Of a stretch of 64,000 nucleotides of DNA, positions 63,401 to 64,000 are shown piece by piece. The notes beneath the pieces are model-generated. The model had not been told where the DNA came from and made no database searches. It worked only from the letters and a program-made list of their open reading frames with translations. Source of the DNA: Candidatus Eiseniibacteriota bacterium (lineage in GTDB: Bacteria > Eisenbacteria > RBG-16-71-46 > JABDJR01); NCBI GenBank assembly GCA_963762255.1, contig CAVXKA010000003.1, forward strand, positions 912,203 through 976,202, in the 5' to 3' direction. The position numbers and the translations under genes are program-made. How positions within the stretch are numbered: the first letter of the stretch is position 1; every line of letters begins with the position of its first letter.

Positions 63401-64000
63401 CCACGATCCGCTCGAACGGCGCGAGGAAACGGTTCACCGAGACCACCAGCGAACGATAGTAGTTGCGCAGATCGCGCGGGCCCATCGAGGCGAGGTCCAC
63501 GTCGCGGTAGTCGAGGTTGGGCACGATGAGCACGGTGTTGTAGGGCTTGTGGTCACCGACCAGGAACACCCGCTTCACCGCCTCGAAGTCGCGGAAGAGG
63601 TTTTCCACGCGCTGTGGCGCCACCGACTCGCCCTTGATGTTCTTGTAGATCTCTTTCTTGCGGTCCACAAGACGGAAATGTCCCGCCTCGTCCAGCTCCA
63701 TGAGATCGCCGGTGCGCACCCAGCCTTCAGGCTCGACCCCGCTTCCCTCCTCGGACTTGAAATGACCCATCATCACGTAGGGCCCGCGCATGAGCATCTC
63801 GCCGCTCTCGTCGAGACGCACTTCGATCCCGGGAAGCGGCACCCCGAGCGAATCGTCTCGGTATCCGCCTACCGGGGTCATGGTGATGCCGCCGGTGGCT
63901 TCCGTCATGCCGAACCCGCTCAGGAGCTCGACTCCCTGGCTCTGGAAGAAGCGGAAGATCTCGGGGGCGAGGTAGCCGGCGGCGGAGAGGCCCCAGCGCA
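60495..64000 (-). CDS. Long-chain acyl-CoA synthetase-like AMP-binding protein fused to helical, kinase-like and GNAT domains (5' end beyond window)
   Basis: Frame is open to the window end (SGFGMTE); RGPYVMMG, RTGD, DRKKEIYK; C-terminal HLEKIVV..YRKLGVG..LM GNAT motif A. Confidence 0.85.
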   Translation of the reverse strand, partial: RWGLSAAGYLAPEIFRFFQSQGVELLSGFGMTEATGGITMTPVGGYRDDSLGVPLPGIEVRLDESGEMLMRGPYVMMGHFKSEEGSGVEPEGWVRTGDLMELDEAGHFRLVDRKKEIYKNIKGESVAPQRVENLFRDFEAVKRVFLVGDHKPYNTVLIVPNLDYRDVDLASMGPRDLRNYYRSLVVSVNRFLAPFERIVDFAIVERDFDEAREELTPKGTYRRKVIAKNFAPVIDALYRRVRLKSADLGAEIHVPNWLFQALGLTAGDVRWDGDRLVLAPTGAALTVRRESAPDAGAEAPSATAALETRRDAAEVGERVVCIGSCRYLVRGRTVDLGALLACPALWLGNEELCAFAPLDASFRVRRARPPRELALLGRVAPYRPDDAAVETLRKAAGHPGSDLETLDLAARMLSSSEEEHGALALREIGQALHSDEESLLDLALLALRLAADAPSLALRRRAFQMLMPVERDAQTPATLARFLGGTDVLLDERTIALIAEKGLSEPKLNALMTYARATAKAVESVDEVRARAVASMLQLLAEYGSMHPARFEPLRHALVRVQLLAVSGAVREEAGRAAERLTQGFRAWLGPVRRIAVDPEAGEEYRWEDVVTFEEGIDEDDRLRILEAISRTGLLREAVFLFSGEALLSLADIPPGGVWVSLLGRKHGKSVYRVTAHTRMQGSFDLALNLNRDQSAEELLGEMRWLIVAGGPDGRGALVEKFGGYWEEYDLWSEEFIAGETLDRVVNRLARHTEGDPIDRLRMLWSFFVSSAAEAFVEFWNRTGRRYVLAEPSAGDVIVPTHDYQTGTRVVSISERRPAPPVGVMLDDLWTHLVTPMEAKHASLVGVASPELILSAFFEALGVKEALEALRDAVGSGLVSAHIVDHAQRVREHGFVPRRLASAIDRYHRWAVLAPDAPPAAHAQTARELFETYHLDDLLRDYPEARARFFRDTVFRNAPDALARGLDDVIDRLRRRVLDRDDLVDRLAELRVHMASGSPEEYFLARLTYPHLQPGDDAGFLSTEMGGVRQTDIVVTLEDNQGRPYRVRQPVNPKEVGRLHRLFIAAKLDVQFRSEHHYLVAVNERGSIIGGLFYEPDEENRTAHLEKIVVAERYRKLGVGEGLMNEFFNRLRAAGAQTVNTGFFRPSYFYRFGFVVGKRQAGLVKSL

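Overview
A 64-kb, very GC-rich bacterial chromosomal window. Three secreted proteins carry C-terminal FlgD/CTD-like Ig tails, which suggests an FCB-superphylum lineage such as Eisenbacteria/Krumholzibacteria (inference only). Most of it is housekeeping and metabolic: lysC, dapF, valS, uvrB, nadC, birA, nhaA, ccmABCDEF, a YitJ-type methionine enzyme, leucine dehydrogenase, phoA, an M16 peptidase pair, glycosyltransferases, and an Rrf2/qNor/RIC/YwiC NO-defence cluster. The most unusual feature is a ~1.5-kb unit (36727-38261). It holds a DUF222-like/HNH nuclease gene with its own sigma70 promoter, bracketed by two ~73-bp GTAG-REP-like structured inverted repeats showing compensatory base changes. 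A recurrent CCCGGGTGA palindromic motif runs through it, and a solo REP-plus-palindrome copy lies 20 kb away. Also notable: (i) tRNA-Gly(GCC) with two downstream tRNA-derived scars enclosing a BrnTA toxin-antitoxin islet (antitoxin frameshifted) and a DUF362 gene; (ii) an acyl-CoA-synthetase/kinase-like/GNAT giant fusion; (iii) three tandem 8-Cys lipoprotein paralogs; (iv) a split RLAN/ATP-grasp plus GNAT-C39 cluster. All family calls come from motif recognition by eye; no database search was run.
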